Shown piece by piece: positions 38,564 to 47,872 of a stretch of DNA of 64,000 nucleotides; within the stretch, counting starts at the first letter, position 1, and every line of letters starts with the position of its first letter. The position numbers were made by a program, and so were the translations under genes. The stretch spans positions 64,001 through 128,000 of the forward strand of contig JBEIPA010000007.1 of assembly GCA_040377305.1 (NCBI GenBank), in the 5' to 3' direction. The notes under the pieces were generated by a model that worked only from the letters and a program-made list of their open reading frames with translations, did not search any database and was not told the DNA's origin. Origin of the DNA: Flavobacteriales bacterium (lineage in GTDB: Bacteria > Bacteroidota > Bacteroidia > Palsa-965).

Positions 38564-41356
38564 TTACGACTGCATTTGATCTTCAAACTCCGGCACATCC
38601 TTCTGCAGATACACCAACGATGTCGGTAAATTCACTTCCCACGGTTCTGCTCCTTGCGGATACACAACACCATCTTCGAGTACACCGAGATTCTCGGTGA
38701 TTTCCTGAATGATCGGCAAGTAAACACTATCGTTCATGAGCGGAGGATTATTTCCTTCCCAGATTATGCCAGTCTGGAGGAAATAAGCCACTACGTGCTC
38801 GAATCCTGGACGCACTGCAAGCTGTACACGTGTTGCACCGGCTTTCAGAAACGCAGTGAATGAATTGTCGCTGCCTGTAAGTTGTATGGCATCGGCCCAG
38901 CGAACTTTTCTTCCCCAGAAATACGGATACATCACATAAGCGAGATTGTTCCATTCGAACGCGTGTTCAAAGAAGCGAATGATTGAACCATGATCACAAA
39001 CTTTGTCTGTGTCTATCAATGGCGGTTCTCCCGGCCGCATGGAATCTAATCCCGGTGCAGCATGTTTAGTAAGCAACTGAATGCAAAGCTTGCGGAGTTC
39101 TTCCTCTATGATTGTTGCATTGCTTGCAGGATCAGATCCGGGAATAGTATTCTGTCCTCGCTGAATGGAAGCAGTTGCGAGCTTCTCCTCGTATTCTGCC
39201 AGTTGATTACGATACGCCTCCATGATCGCATCGTAAACGGAATGCTGCCAGGAAGAGAATCCTTCTTTGGTGAGTTCACAATACACATCAATCCCCAAGC
39301 TGAAGTTAAATGCGCTTCGATAGTGTACAGCAACTGCAAGCTCTTTCTCTCTTTTGCGCGCAAAGCCTGCATACTGCCAGCCGCCAACTACTGTGAATAC
39401 GCCATCGCCAATGTAAATACGTGCATGCGGATTTCCGGTTGTTCCAAGCGAAGTGTCGTTCGCGACTGAAGCGGCATAAGCTTCATACTTATCAGGCAAT
39501 GGAATTTTTGATGCTCGCGCATAATCATCTTTAGTACTGCCATCCTTACTGTCGTTATATGAAACAGTAATGAATTGCGGCGGCGGCTCAGATACACCGG
39601 TTACACCATACTTGCGAATGTAATCCTGATAATTGACGCGTGTAATATTGTTGGGCGCCAAAGGGGCATTTCCGAAAACAGGCGCTTCTGGTTTGACGAT
39701 GAGTGTGCCTTCCGGTGGAGATTTTACTAGCGAGAACAGATAGAACGCAGCCGGTTCAGGCAGCACGAAGTCAAGAATCATGCGCTGACCATAATTCAGA
39801 ACCTGTGCGTTATAAATCTTGTCAAGCCATCGGTACACACCGGTGATGTTATTGTCGTGACCGTTTTCAAATTTGTGCGCATTCGCTTCTTCCACTTCTT
39901 CGACTGAAGTAGTTCGGCGTTCACGCTTCGTTAACTCGCGGATTTTTTCCGATGTTTTTTCACTGAGTGAACGTGAAAAGTTGACTGCTTTTTGCTGTGA
40001 TTCTTCTGTGGTACTGCTGAAACTGGAATCAATCTGAGAATCAAAACTCATAGTTGGTCCGTAAGAACCACTTACTTGTACACCGAAATTCAATCCGAGC
40101 TCGGTTGTGGCAGTGCTACTGATCTGCGATTGCATTTCATTGCGTTCTGTTGTTTCCAGTTCACGCTCTTTTGTTTTCTCAGTTTCGCTGGACGTGAAGA
40201 AATCTTCTGTAAGTCGATTCAACCGACGGTGATTGCGTTCGCGCTTTTCTCCTTTCAGTACATTTTCGACATGAGCAATTTCACCCAGGCGATATCCTTT
40301 CAGTTTCTGACGTATGAGTAACAGATCGCCGATACCGGCAACAATCGAACAGTTCTTTTTCGGTTCACCTGCATTTTCCACCGTGGATTCACCTGAATAT
40401 AGTTTCGCAGTGTCGACGTATAAATTGCCCAGACGCAACATTCCATTGCTATCCGGAGTTGACTGAGTTACCCGAAAATTGGACATTTCCCGTTCTAATA
40501 TCGAAAGAATTTCGAATGGATCTGTGTTGTACACATCTGATTTGATTTTTCGGAGAACAGAAAGTGTAGTTGAACTCACGCGCGAAGCAGGAATGCGTAA
40601 ATCTCCGATGCCATTCGGTGATAGGGTCGAACCAATACTCTCTCCTTCTTTGGCGCCCGCCCGCACACTGGATTTTTCAATGCTTCCTTTTGCTTTGACG
40701 ATTTGAGGTGCAGCGGCACTGATGAGTCGGGAAATTTCATTGTACGCACTCTCCAGTTCACCGGAAACAATACGGTTTGCAGTTTCTTTCGAAGGGCGTT
40801 GTGTTATTTGCGTGACGTTGCTCTTCATTTGTAACTGGGTAGCCCACTGCGGAAATGCGACGGTCAGTCGGGAGATGTAATGTCCAAGGGATTCCTTGTC
40901 GTTTTCAGGAATGGATTTGGCTGAACGCAGGTACACTAGTTTGAGAACGGTGCTTAACTCATCTGAGTTCCGTTTACGACTGTTGCCCAGTATTGCAATG
41001 CTCAAAAGGGAATCAGCAATGGCGGTGTACTCGGTCGTAACTGCCCCTGTGTATTTGAGAAAGTCTTCCGACTTCAATGCTTGAGTTGCTGGTGTGAGGC
41101 GCGATTCAAATGCCCAGACTTGCAGCGCAGTTAATTCAGGATGGTCGCCTATATCTTCTTTGAAAATCGGACTGCGTTGAAAGTTTCTCGCGGCTGTTTT
41201 AATTTCTTCGGCCGTAGCTTTCTTAAGCTTCTGATATAGTTCAGTTTTTTTCTCCGCAACGGAATACGGATCGAACTGTACGCTTGATGTTCCGGAAAGT
41301 TTGGCAGGCGCAGCAGGTCGCACGCTTAGGAAGCGGAAGATATTTTCTCCTTGCAT
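38564..41356 (-). CDS. Hypothetical 930-aa protein (uncharacterised family, Ser/Thr/Glu-rich central segment)
   Basis: Long ORF without signal peptide. Conserved-looking blocks GEIAHVENVLKGE, YRWLDKIYNAQVLNYG, FFEHAFEWNNLAYVMYPYFWG, AFLKAGATRV..VRPGFE. Confidence 0.85.
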   Translation of the reverse strand: MQGENIFRFLSVRPAAPAKLSGTSSVQFDPYSVAEKKTELYQKLKKATAEEIKTAARNFQRSPIFKEDIGDHPELTALQVWAFESRLTPATQALKSEDFLKYTGAVTTEYTAIADSLLSIAILGNSRKRNSDELSTVLKLVYLRSAKSIPENDKESLGHYISRLTVAFPQWATQLQMKSNVTQITQRPSKETANRIVSGELESAYNEISRLISAAAPQIVKAKGSIEKSSVRAGAKEGESIGSTLSPNGIGDLRIPASRVSSTTLSVLRKIKSDVYNTDPFEILSILEREMSNFRVTQSTPDSNGMLRLGNLYVDTAKLYSGESTVENAGEPKKNCSIVAGIGDLLLIRQKLKGYRLGEIAHVENVLKGEKRERNHRRLNRLTEDFFTSSETEKTKERELETTERNEMQSQISSTATTELGLNFGVQVSGSYGPTMSFDSQIDSSFSSTTEESQQKAVNFSRSLSEKTSEKIRELTKRERRTTSVEEVEEANAHKFENGHDNNITGVYRWLDKIYNAQVLNYGQRMILDFVLPEPAAFYLFSLVKSPPEGTLIVKPEAPVFGNAPLAPNNITRVNYQDYIRKYGVTGVSEPPPQFITVSYNDSKDGSTKDDYARASKIPLPDKYEAYAASVANDTSLGTTGNPHARIYIGDGVFTVVGGWQYAGFARKREKELAVAVHYRSAFNFSLGIDVYCELTKEGFSSWQHSVYDAIMEAYRNQLAEYEEKLATASIQRGQNTIPGSDPASNATIIEEELRKLCIQLLTKHAAPGLDSMRPGEPPLIDTDKVCDHGSIIRFFEHAFEWNNLAYVMYPYFWGRKVRWADAIQLTGSDNSFTAFLKAGATRVQLAVRPGFEHVVAYFLQTGIIWEGNNPPLMNDSVYLPIIQEITENLGVLEDGVVYPQGAEPWEVNLPTSLVYLQKDVPEFEDQMQS

Positions 41357-41576
41357 AATATGGGTTTGTTTAATTGTATAGTTGCCAAATATTGAACAAC
41401 TGGCTTAGATGCGACCTATTGATTTCCGCAAAATGCTTGTGAATCTCAGTTATACATAAAAAAGGGGCTGGTGTTACAGTTAATCATTCGCTTCTGCCGC
41501 CCATCAAGATTATTGTAATCTGTACGATCCTGTTCGCAATTACATATATCTTTAAGACACAATTCAAAAAACAGAT

Positions 41577-42875
41577 ATGCGCTACGCACCAATTCCAAAT
41601 TCACTTTTCACCGGCAATCGTAAACGTTTTGCTGCGAAAATGCTTCCGAAATCGATTGCAATTTTCAATGCGAACGACGTACAGCCAACCAATGCTGACG
41701 GCACGATGAAGTTCCGTCAGAACAATGATCTGTTTTATCTCAGCGGTGTTGATCAGGAAGAAACAATTCTTGTTGTGTTTCCTGATTGTCCGGATCCTGA
41801 TCACAGAGAAGTGTTGTTTGTGCGTGAGACGAATGATCACATCGCAGTTTGGGAAGGTGAGAAGCTTTCGAAAGCTGGCGCAACAGCAGTTTCAGGAATT
41901 CAGAAAGTGTATTGGACACACCAGTTCAACCAGGTTTTCTTCGGACTCATTGCTGAAGCAACAAACGTTTATGTGAACACCAACGAACACGTGCGGGCGG
42001 TTGTTGAAGTTGAAACCCGGGATGCGCGTTTCATCAACTGGTGTAAGAAACAATACCCTGCGCACAACTATGTTCGCAGTGCACCCATTATGCATGAGTT
42101 GCGTGCCATTAAGTCGCGCATTGAACTGGAATTGATGCAACATGCTTGTGATCTGACAGAACAAGGATTCCGTCGCGTTCTTGGTTTTGTGAAACCGGGT
42201 GTGTGGGAATATCAGATTGAAGCTGAACTGGGTCATGAATTTACGATGAGCGGTGGAAGTTTTGCTGGATACGAGCCAATCATTGCATCAGGAAAAAATT
42301 CATGCGTACTTCACTACAACATCAATGATAAGCAGTGTAAAGACGGAGATGTACTTCTCATGGATTTTGCTGCTGGGTATGCAAATTATCAGAGCGATCT
42401 GACACGTACCATTCCGGTGAACGGAAAATTCACGGCACGTCAGAAGAATGTGTACAACGCCGTGTTGCGTGTAATGCGTTATGCAATGTCGCGGCTTGTT
42501 GTTGGAAACACCATTCAGAAATATCACAAGGAAGTTGGTGAAGCCATGCAAGAGGAATTACTCAAGCTTCGTTTGATCAACAAAACGCAAATCAAGAATC
42601 AGGATCCGGCGTGGCCCGCATTCAAAAAATATTTCATGCACGGAACTTCACACTATCTTGGATTAGATGTGCATGATGTTGGAAGCCGTTACCGCAAGTT
42701 CGAAGAGGGAATGGTGTTCACCTGCGAGCCGGGAATTTATATTCCGGAAGAAGGAATTGGTGTTCGTATTGAGAATGATCTCATCATCACGAAGAAGGGT
42801 GCCGTGGATATGATGAAAAATATTCCGATTGAAGCGGATCATATAGAACAATTGATGAAGGAGGGGAAGAAATAA
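41577..42875 (+). CDS. pepP: Xaa-Pro aminopeptidase (aminopeptidase P, M24B)
   Basis: FRQNNDLFYLSG, LHY, MD..YQSDLTRT, HGTSHYLGLDVHD, EPGIY..GVRIEND. Confidence 0.92.
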   Translation: MRYAPIPNSLFTGNRKRFAAKMLPKSIAIFNANDVQPTNADGTMKFRQNNDLFYLSGVDQEETILVVFPDCPDPDHREVLFVRETNDHIAVWEGEKLSKAGATAVSGIQKVYWTHQFNQVFFGLIAEATNVYVNTNEHVRAVVEVETRDARFINWCKKQYPAHNYVRSAPIMHELRAIKSRIELELMQHACDLTEQGFRRVLGFVKPGVWEYQIEAELGHEFTMSGGSFAGYEPIIASGKNSCVLHYNINDKQCKDGDVLLMDFAAGYANYQSDLTRTIPVNGKFTARQKNVYNAVLRVMRYAMSRLVVGNTIQKYHKEVGEAMQEELLKLRLINKTQIKNQDPAWPAFKKYFMHGTSHYLGLDVHDVGSRYRKFEEGMVFTCEPGIYIPEEGIGVRIENDLIITKKGAVDMMKNIPIEADHIEQLMKEGKK

Positions 42876-42993
42876 TTCCCATTTACCTGTCGCCGTTGTT
42901 CAACCTTCCGGTTTTTAAGTTGAACCATCGTATAATTAAGAACAACGGTCTGAAAGACGGGCGATGGTGTTTATGGGTTCTTAACTTCGAAGA

Positions 42994-43833
42994 ATGCAGC
43001 AGAAACAATTCAAACCTGAAGTACCGGCTACTCAATTCATTAAAATTCTCGGCGCCAAAGTCCGTTATGCGGATGTAGGCAAGGGTAGAGTAGTGGTATT
43101 GCTTCACGGCTTTGTGGAAAATCTCGAAGTATGGTTCGGAAATAAATTCGCTCAGGATTTAGCAAAACATTATCGGGTGATTGCAATTGATCTGCCAGGT
43201 CATGGGAAGAGCGAATGTATCGGTTACGTTCATCGTATGGAGAGATTGGCTGATGTGGTGAAAGGATTGATGGATGAACTAGGCTTGCGCCGTTACGCGA
43301 TGGTAGGTCACTCGATGGGCGGATATGTTGCGTTGGCGTTTGCAGAAAAGTATCCTGATAATTTGTCCGGATTCTGTTTGTTTCATTCTACCACTACGCC
43401 CGACAGCGCAGCGAAGAAGATTGAGCGGGAACGTGCAATTCGTCTCGTGAAAAAAGCACCGACAAAATATACGAACGCGCTTATTGAGAATTTGTTTGCC
43501 GTAGCGAATGTTCGTTATTTCAAAAGTGAAATTACCTGGCTGAAGCGCATGGCTGCGAAAACAAAACCGCAGGGAATTATTGCTTGCTTAGAAGGAATGA
43601 AGATTCGCAAGAACAGAGAAAGTATTTTGCGTAACTCAACGGTTCCGGTTTTATTTATGGCTGGCGCGCGTGATAATGTGATTCCACTTGAGGTAAGTGA
43701 GAAACAGAAAGACCTTGCGAAGGATCAGCGTTATGTTGCGCTGGAGAAATGCGGTCACATGGGATTTCTGGAGCAGAAGGAAACAGCGCTGAAGAAGTTG
43801 AAGGCATTCTGTTCGCACGCCTTTAGCGCATAG
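42994..43833 (+). CDS. Alpha/beta fold hydrolase
   Basis: LLHGF, DLPGHG, GHSMGG nucleophile elbow, GARD, CGHMGFLE. Confidence 0.92.
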   Translation: MQQKQFKPEVPATQFIKILGAKVRYADVGKGRVVVLLHGFVENLEVWFGNKFAQDLAKHYRVIAIDLPGHGKSECIGYVHRMERLADVVKGLMDELGLRRYAMVGHSMGGYVALAFAEKYPDNLSGFCLFHSTTTPDSAAKKIERERAIRLVKKAPTKYTNALIENLFAVANVRYFKSEITWLKRMAAKTKPQGIIACLEGMKIRKNRESILRNSTVPVLFMAGARDNVIPLEVSEKQKDLAKDQRYVALEKCGHMGFLEQKETALKKLKAFCSHAFSA

Positions 43834-43951
43834 GAACATTGATTCACATTTGATTTTTTCTCTGTCCCGTTATGGTGTACGCCAGCAACTCAACAACTTT
43901 CGTTATTGAGTCAGTGGACATAATTCGGATTTATTTGGGGTAGCGCAATTT

Positions 43952-44203
43952 CTAGTTTAAACGGAAGCGTGCACTTCTTAATTTTTCACCATCCATCAGA
44001 CACACTTCGTATACACCAGGTGTAAGCGCAGAGATATCAATTACGCTATCAGCATCAGTCAAGAATCTGCCGTTGCATTTTTCCGTTCCACCAATGTCGA
44101 ATACGCTCCACGAGCAGTTCCTCACTGAAACCGGCGGTTCCAGATGCAGGAATCGTCCTTCGAGACGATAATTCAAACCTTCTTGTTTGGTGAGCAGATT
44201 CAT
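43952..44203 (-). CDS. Small stand-alone T9SS CTD-like protein (83 aa)
   Basis: Likely start MNLLTKQ (44203). VFDIGG..IDISALTPGVYEVCL..SARF resembles a type-A CTD; no signal peptide. Confidence 0.55.
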   Translation of the reverse strand: MNLLTKQEGLNYRLEGRFLHLEPPVSVRNCSWSVFDIGGTEKCNGRFLTDADSVIDISALTPGVYEVCLMDGEKLRSARFRLN

Positions 44204-44408
44204 TAGGGGGCACTTATTATATAGTATAACGCGTGAACGGAAGGGGAGGTTCAAAGAACTCGACCAACATGGTTTTGGGGGAGATAAGAGAAACTGAGAG
44301 CCTGACAAGTTATCGAAAGCCGATTTTTCATTTGAAAAATCGGCTTTTCAGGTTAAAATTCTGTTCGTCGGATGAAATCCGCAAGGTGGGTTTATACGTA
44401 CGGCAGAA

Positions 44409-46112
44409 TTATTTTCGGATGAATTTGCCTGTGAGAACTACCGATCCCTTATTTACGCGGACGAAATAAATTCCGGATGCAAACTGACTTACGTCAACGA
44501 CCGCCGAATTTCCGGAAAGTACGGTTGAGGTATATACTACATTGCCCATCGCATCGATGATTTCGATTTGTGCGCCGGTGGAGTTGTCGCCACACAGAAT
44601 GTTGATTTGATCAGACGCCGGGTTCGGATAGACTGCTGCAGTGAATGTTTGTGGTTCTTCAATGCCAGTTGGCGTAGATCCGCACGAGCATGGATTATCC
44701 AAGGCAAAGCGTGAGCGCGCAGAATCAGCAGCACTGTACATTGCATTAACACTGGTCAGATGATCACCAGTCCCGCGAGCAAATACGTATGCGTACGTAA
44801 TGCATTCACTGGAACCGGCTTCGAGCGTGAATGGTCCAGATGAACCAACTCCTCTTCTGTCGTGCGGATAATGACTTGCCGTGTATTCCGTCCATGGAGG
44901 CAAGGGAGCTCCGTTATTGAGTATTCCAGATGGATCAGTATCGCCCGGATACATCATTGCGTATGGTGTTGTACCTCCATAGCCATATCCATCATAGGTC
45001 AACGGCGAAGAATCCTTCCAGTAGGCACGCAAGTAATTGTAGTGATCCCAACCGCTTTGCGGATTTCCAGTAACGGTGAAGTCGTTCTGATAAGAAACAA
45101 ATTGTGAAATAATACATGTTTCTCCTGGCTCATCCATTATTCCATCGCGGTCATTGTCTATCCCATCATTTGCATCCGCCAGCGGTCCATTCAGAAACAC
45201 AACTCCTTGTGCTGGAGGATGGGAACCATACGTGTAGGGACTGTACGCATTCCATCCATCAGAAGTGTCGCCATTGTATCCGTAGTATAAATTTCCAGTT
45301 ACACTACTTCCGATAAAATCATCAAACGCATCACCGATATCGAAATCGGTCCACTGTCCGGTGTACACGTCGTAATAGGTTTCTGAACTTCTATTGTACA
45401 TTCTGTAGTTCAGGAACACGGTGCTGTCCATGGTACTTCCCGGCGCAAGATATGCGTACATCATTGCGTGAATTTCAATTCCCATTTTTGCAGCTCCTGT
45501 TTCTGTGTGTGCTGCACGATCATCGTTGAATATGAAATACAGACACTGATCGCCCTTGATGCAGGGGTAATCTCCGTTGTTCGGATCGTAAAGTCCATCA
45601 CCATTGGCATCGCTGAACGGAGCGAGTTGCGCAGCTTGTCCTTTCGCTACATTCCCGTTTCCGGGCCACGTCTGAATATCATACGGCATAGAGTAATTCG
45701 GATATAGTCCCGGATTTGTTTGCCAAAGAATTAACGAGTCCACACTCGACTTATTTATTTTCCAAACATGATTCCACATGGCATTTGACTGCATAGTGTA
45801 GTATTGGGAATCCTGAACGGGGCCTTGAAAGAAATCGTCGCCCGATTGACGATACGTTTGCGCACCGAGATGCAGATTGCCCATAGAATCTAATCCACCG
45901 ATCCAAAGTGCTCCTGCGAAGATTGTGCTGGTCGAACTATCGGCAGGAACATTAAACTCCGCGAAGTTGCTGTTAGGGTGCCAAAATAAGTCACCATTCG
46001 ATTGTGCTGCAGCGTTTACTTCATTAATGTCGAGATGACTGTACTGTGGCGTTTGTGCATTGATGCTGCAAAATGAAATTGTAGCGAATGCTGAGAGTAA
46101 AATCTTTTTCAT
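44409..46112 (-). CDS. T9SS type-A cargo protein
   Basis: Signal peptide, FAGALWIGG, DGIDNDRDG Ca-binding-like loop, CTD VYPNPASD..FASGIYFV..KFIRK. Confidence 0.88.
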   Translation of the reverse strand: MKKILLSAFATISFCSINAQTPQYSHLDINEVNAAAQSNGDLFWHPNSNFAEFNVPADSSTSTIFAGALWIGGLDSMGNLHLGAQTYRQSGDDFFQGPVQDSQYYTMQSNAMWNHVWKINKSSVDSLILWQTNPGLYPNYSMPYDIQTWPGNGNVAKGQAAQLAPFSDANGDGLYDPNNGDYPCIKGDQCLYFIFNDDRAAHTETGAAKMGIEIHAMMYAYLAPGSTMDSTVFLNYRMYNRSSETYYDVYTGQWTDFDIGDAFDDFIGSSVTGNLYYGYNGDTSDGWNAYSPYTYGSHPPAQGVVFLNGPLADANDGIDNDRDGIMDEPGETCIISQFVSYQNDFTVTGNPQSGWDHYNYLRAYWKDSSPLTYDGYGYGGTTPYAMMYPGDTDPSGILNNGAPLPPWTEYTASHYPHDRRGVGSSGPFTLEAGSSECITYAYVFARGTGDHLTSVNAMYSAADSARSRFALDNPCSCGSTPTGIEEPQTFTAAVYPNPASDQINILCGDNSTGAQIEIIDAMGNVVYTSTVLSGNSAVVDVSQFASGIYFVRVNKGSVVLTGKFIRK

Positions 46113-46236
46113 GACTCCAAGTATTAAATGAAACTTAATTCAATTTAGATCGGAGATGTTGAATGAGCGAATCAGAATTGGAGATGATTATACTAGTGTA
46201 GATTTTTTTTGTCGGATCAGAGATCACTATACCACA

Positions 46237-46269
46237 AAAAAAATCTCCCGGTCAGCTACAACCGGGAGA
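46237..46269 (-). terminator. Intrinsic terminator after the 42-aa ORF
   Basis: TCTCCCGGT..ACCGGGAGA stem followed on the minus strand by a run of 8 T. Confidence 0.8.
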
Positions 46270-46285
46270 AATTTTCCACACACAC

Positions 46286-46414
46286 TTAGGAAAAAATAAC
46301 GTTGAAAACGTTATAGATAATAAAACCAACGCATACTACACCAAAAAGGATGCTGATGGTGCCGAGGCCGTCTACATTCTGAGAGTGACCTTTTCTTGCT
46401 ACTGACTTTTTCAT
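46286..46414 (-). CDS. Unannotated 42-aa single-TM microprotein
   Basis: Hand translation: MKKSVARKGHSQNVDGLGTISILFGVVCVGFIIYNVFNVIFS*. Basic N-terminus, hydrophobic C-terminal helix, terminator 17 bp after the stop. Below the ORF-track length cut-off. Confidence 0.7.
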   Translation of the reverse strand: MKKSVARKGHSQNVDGLGTISILFGVVCVGFIIYNVFNVIFS

Positions 46415-46790
46415 GGCACACTAATTTTGAGGGTTAACTTATATCTTGATCACAACACTCCTGGTTGCGATTCGAGGGAGCGGCGTCCCGACGTTCACTA
46501 CGTGAAGTCGGGACATATTTAGATCTCTCGTATTTGTCCGAAGAATAAAAGATCGGACAGGAGAGAAAGATGCCAAACTAAAGAGCCGGGTGCAATAAAC
46601 CGCTGATGCAACATCCCCGAATACACCAGCAATTCCACTACACCCTTAGGCTCAGGGCCCGGCTCTTAAAGTCTAATAATGATTCAATGAACTAAAACTC
46701 TATTCGTAATCGTATTGAACTCTAACTCTATTCGTATTCTATTTTTGGGATTCAGTCCCGATAGTTATCGGGATCATCCTGACTTCTGAT
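46415..46790 (-). ncRNA. Candidate structured RNA / long 5' leader of the microprotein
   Basis: Stems at 46485-46514, 46524-46566, 46581-46667 (inner stem pairs fully only on the minus strand, via G-U) and 46755-46774. Possible -7 box TAATATTG at 46791-46798. Confidence 0.45.
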
Positions 46791-46957
46791 CAATATTACG
46801 CTGAGAAAGAACAAAAGGGTAGTGACTTTGTGTATGTGGTAACACACTTGTCTTAATCGGATTTCAAAAAAGTATATCTGGTAATTCGCGTGAAAAAGCC
46901 GCCGAATTTGTCTGAATTCAGTCATTTTTCACTGGAGAAATCCATTTCTGCACGTGG

Positions 46958-46999
46958 ATCAACAGGCGCTACATCTTAATCAACAAAGCATACATCTTA
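46958..46999. promoter_or_regulatory. 21-bp-period direct repeat, putative LytTR binding site
   Basis: ATCAACAggcgcTACATCTTA ATCAACAaagcaTACATCTTA, next to a LytTR regulator gene. Confidence 0.55.
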
Positions 47000-47020
47000 T
47001 CGCTTCGGGTCATACCCAAA

Positions 47021-47058
47021 ATGAAAAAGTCAGCCCTGATAGCTATCCGGACTGACTT
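47021..47058 (-). terminator. Terminator of the LytTR regulator gene
   Basis: Minus strand AAGTCAGTCCGGAT..ATCAGGGCTGACTT followed by TTTCATTTT. Confidence 0.7.
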
Positions 47059-47078
47059 CACTTGCTGAGACCTGAGTT

Positions 47079-47831
47079 CTATGCCTTGTTGAGTCGCGCT
47101 ATGAACGCTTCCTTCTTACGACGTGATATTTCAATTTGTGTGCCATCCGACATCACAGCATAACCACCATCTGTTTTCAGATAGCGAACAACGTGTGCCA
47201 TATTGATTAGATGGTGATGGTGCACGCGAATGAATTCATCTTCCGGCAAAAGATCTTCGTAATGTTTTAGTGATGCAGATACGAGCAGTTTCTTTTTACT
47301 CTCGAGGAAAAATGTGGTGTAGCTACCATCGGCTTCGCAGCGAATGATGTCTTTCACGTTTACAATCTCGTATGCGTTTCCGGTTGGAAGAGTAATCTTG
47401 GAATATTGCGCAGTGGGTTGCTTGAAGTTCTGTAATAGAAAGCGCAGGTTCTCGAGGCTTGCATCGTTGTTGGGCTGTTTTGTTTTCAGTTTATCAACAG
47501 CAACTTTCAATTCATCACCATCGATTGGCTTGAGCAAGTAATCAATAGCGCTGAACTTGATTGCTTTCAACGCATGTGCATCAGAAGCAGTGGTAAAGAT
47601 CACGTCGTACTTGCCGCTGCCAATGCGCTCGAGCAAATCGAATCCGCTTCCGTCAGCCATCTCGATATCGAGGAAGATGAGGTTTGGCGAAGTCTTCTGG
47701 ATCAGCTCAATTCCACTTGCTACAGAATCGGCAGAGCCAATAATATTCACATCCGGACAGTTTGCAGTAACAAGTGCCTGCAATACTTCCATGCTTTTCT
47801 TTTCGTCTTCGACAATTACTGCGTTGATCAT
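47079..47831 (-). CDS. LytTR/AlgR family response regulator
   Basis: REC domain (VEDE, FLDIEM, DYLLKP) plus LytTR domain (CEADGSYT, FIRVHHHHLIN, ISRRKK). Confidence 0.95.
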   Translation of the reverse strand: MINAVIVEDEKKSMEVLQALVTANCPDVNIIGSADSVASGIELIQKTSPNLIFLDIEMADGSGFDLLERIGSGKYDVIFTTASDAHALKAIKFSAIDYLLKPIDGDELKVAVDKLKTKQPNNDASLENLRFLLQNFKQPTAQYSKITLPTGNAYEIVNVKDIIRCEADGSYTTFFLESKKKLLVSASLKHYEDLLPEDEFIRVHHHHLINMAHVVRYLKTDGGYAVMSDGTQIEISRRKKEAFIARLNKA

Positions 47832-47872
47832 AAGTGAGGGATTTAAGTCCCGATTGCTAACTGGATGCCAAA

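Noticed and set aside
43864-43920. Three-way-junction-like fold between the convergent hydrolase and CTD-like genes
   Set aside because: The stems are short and adequately explained as a 3'-end/terminator structure.
46414-46430. TGGCAC as a sigma-54 promoter driving an antisense RNA
   Set aside because: The -12 element reads TTTT rather than TTGC at the required spacing, and it points away from the microprotein CDS.
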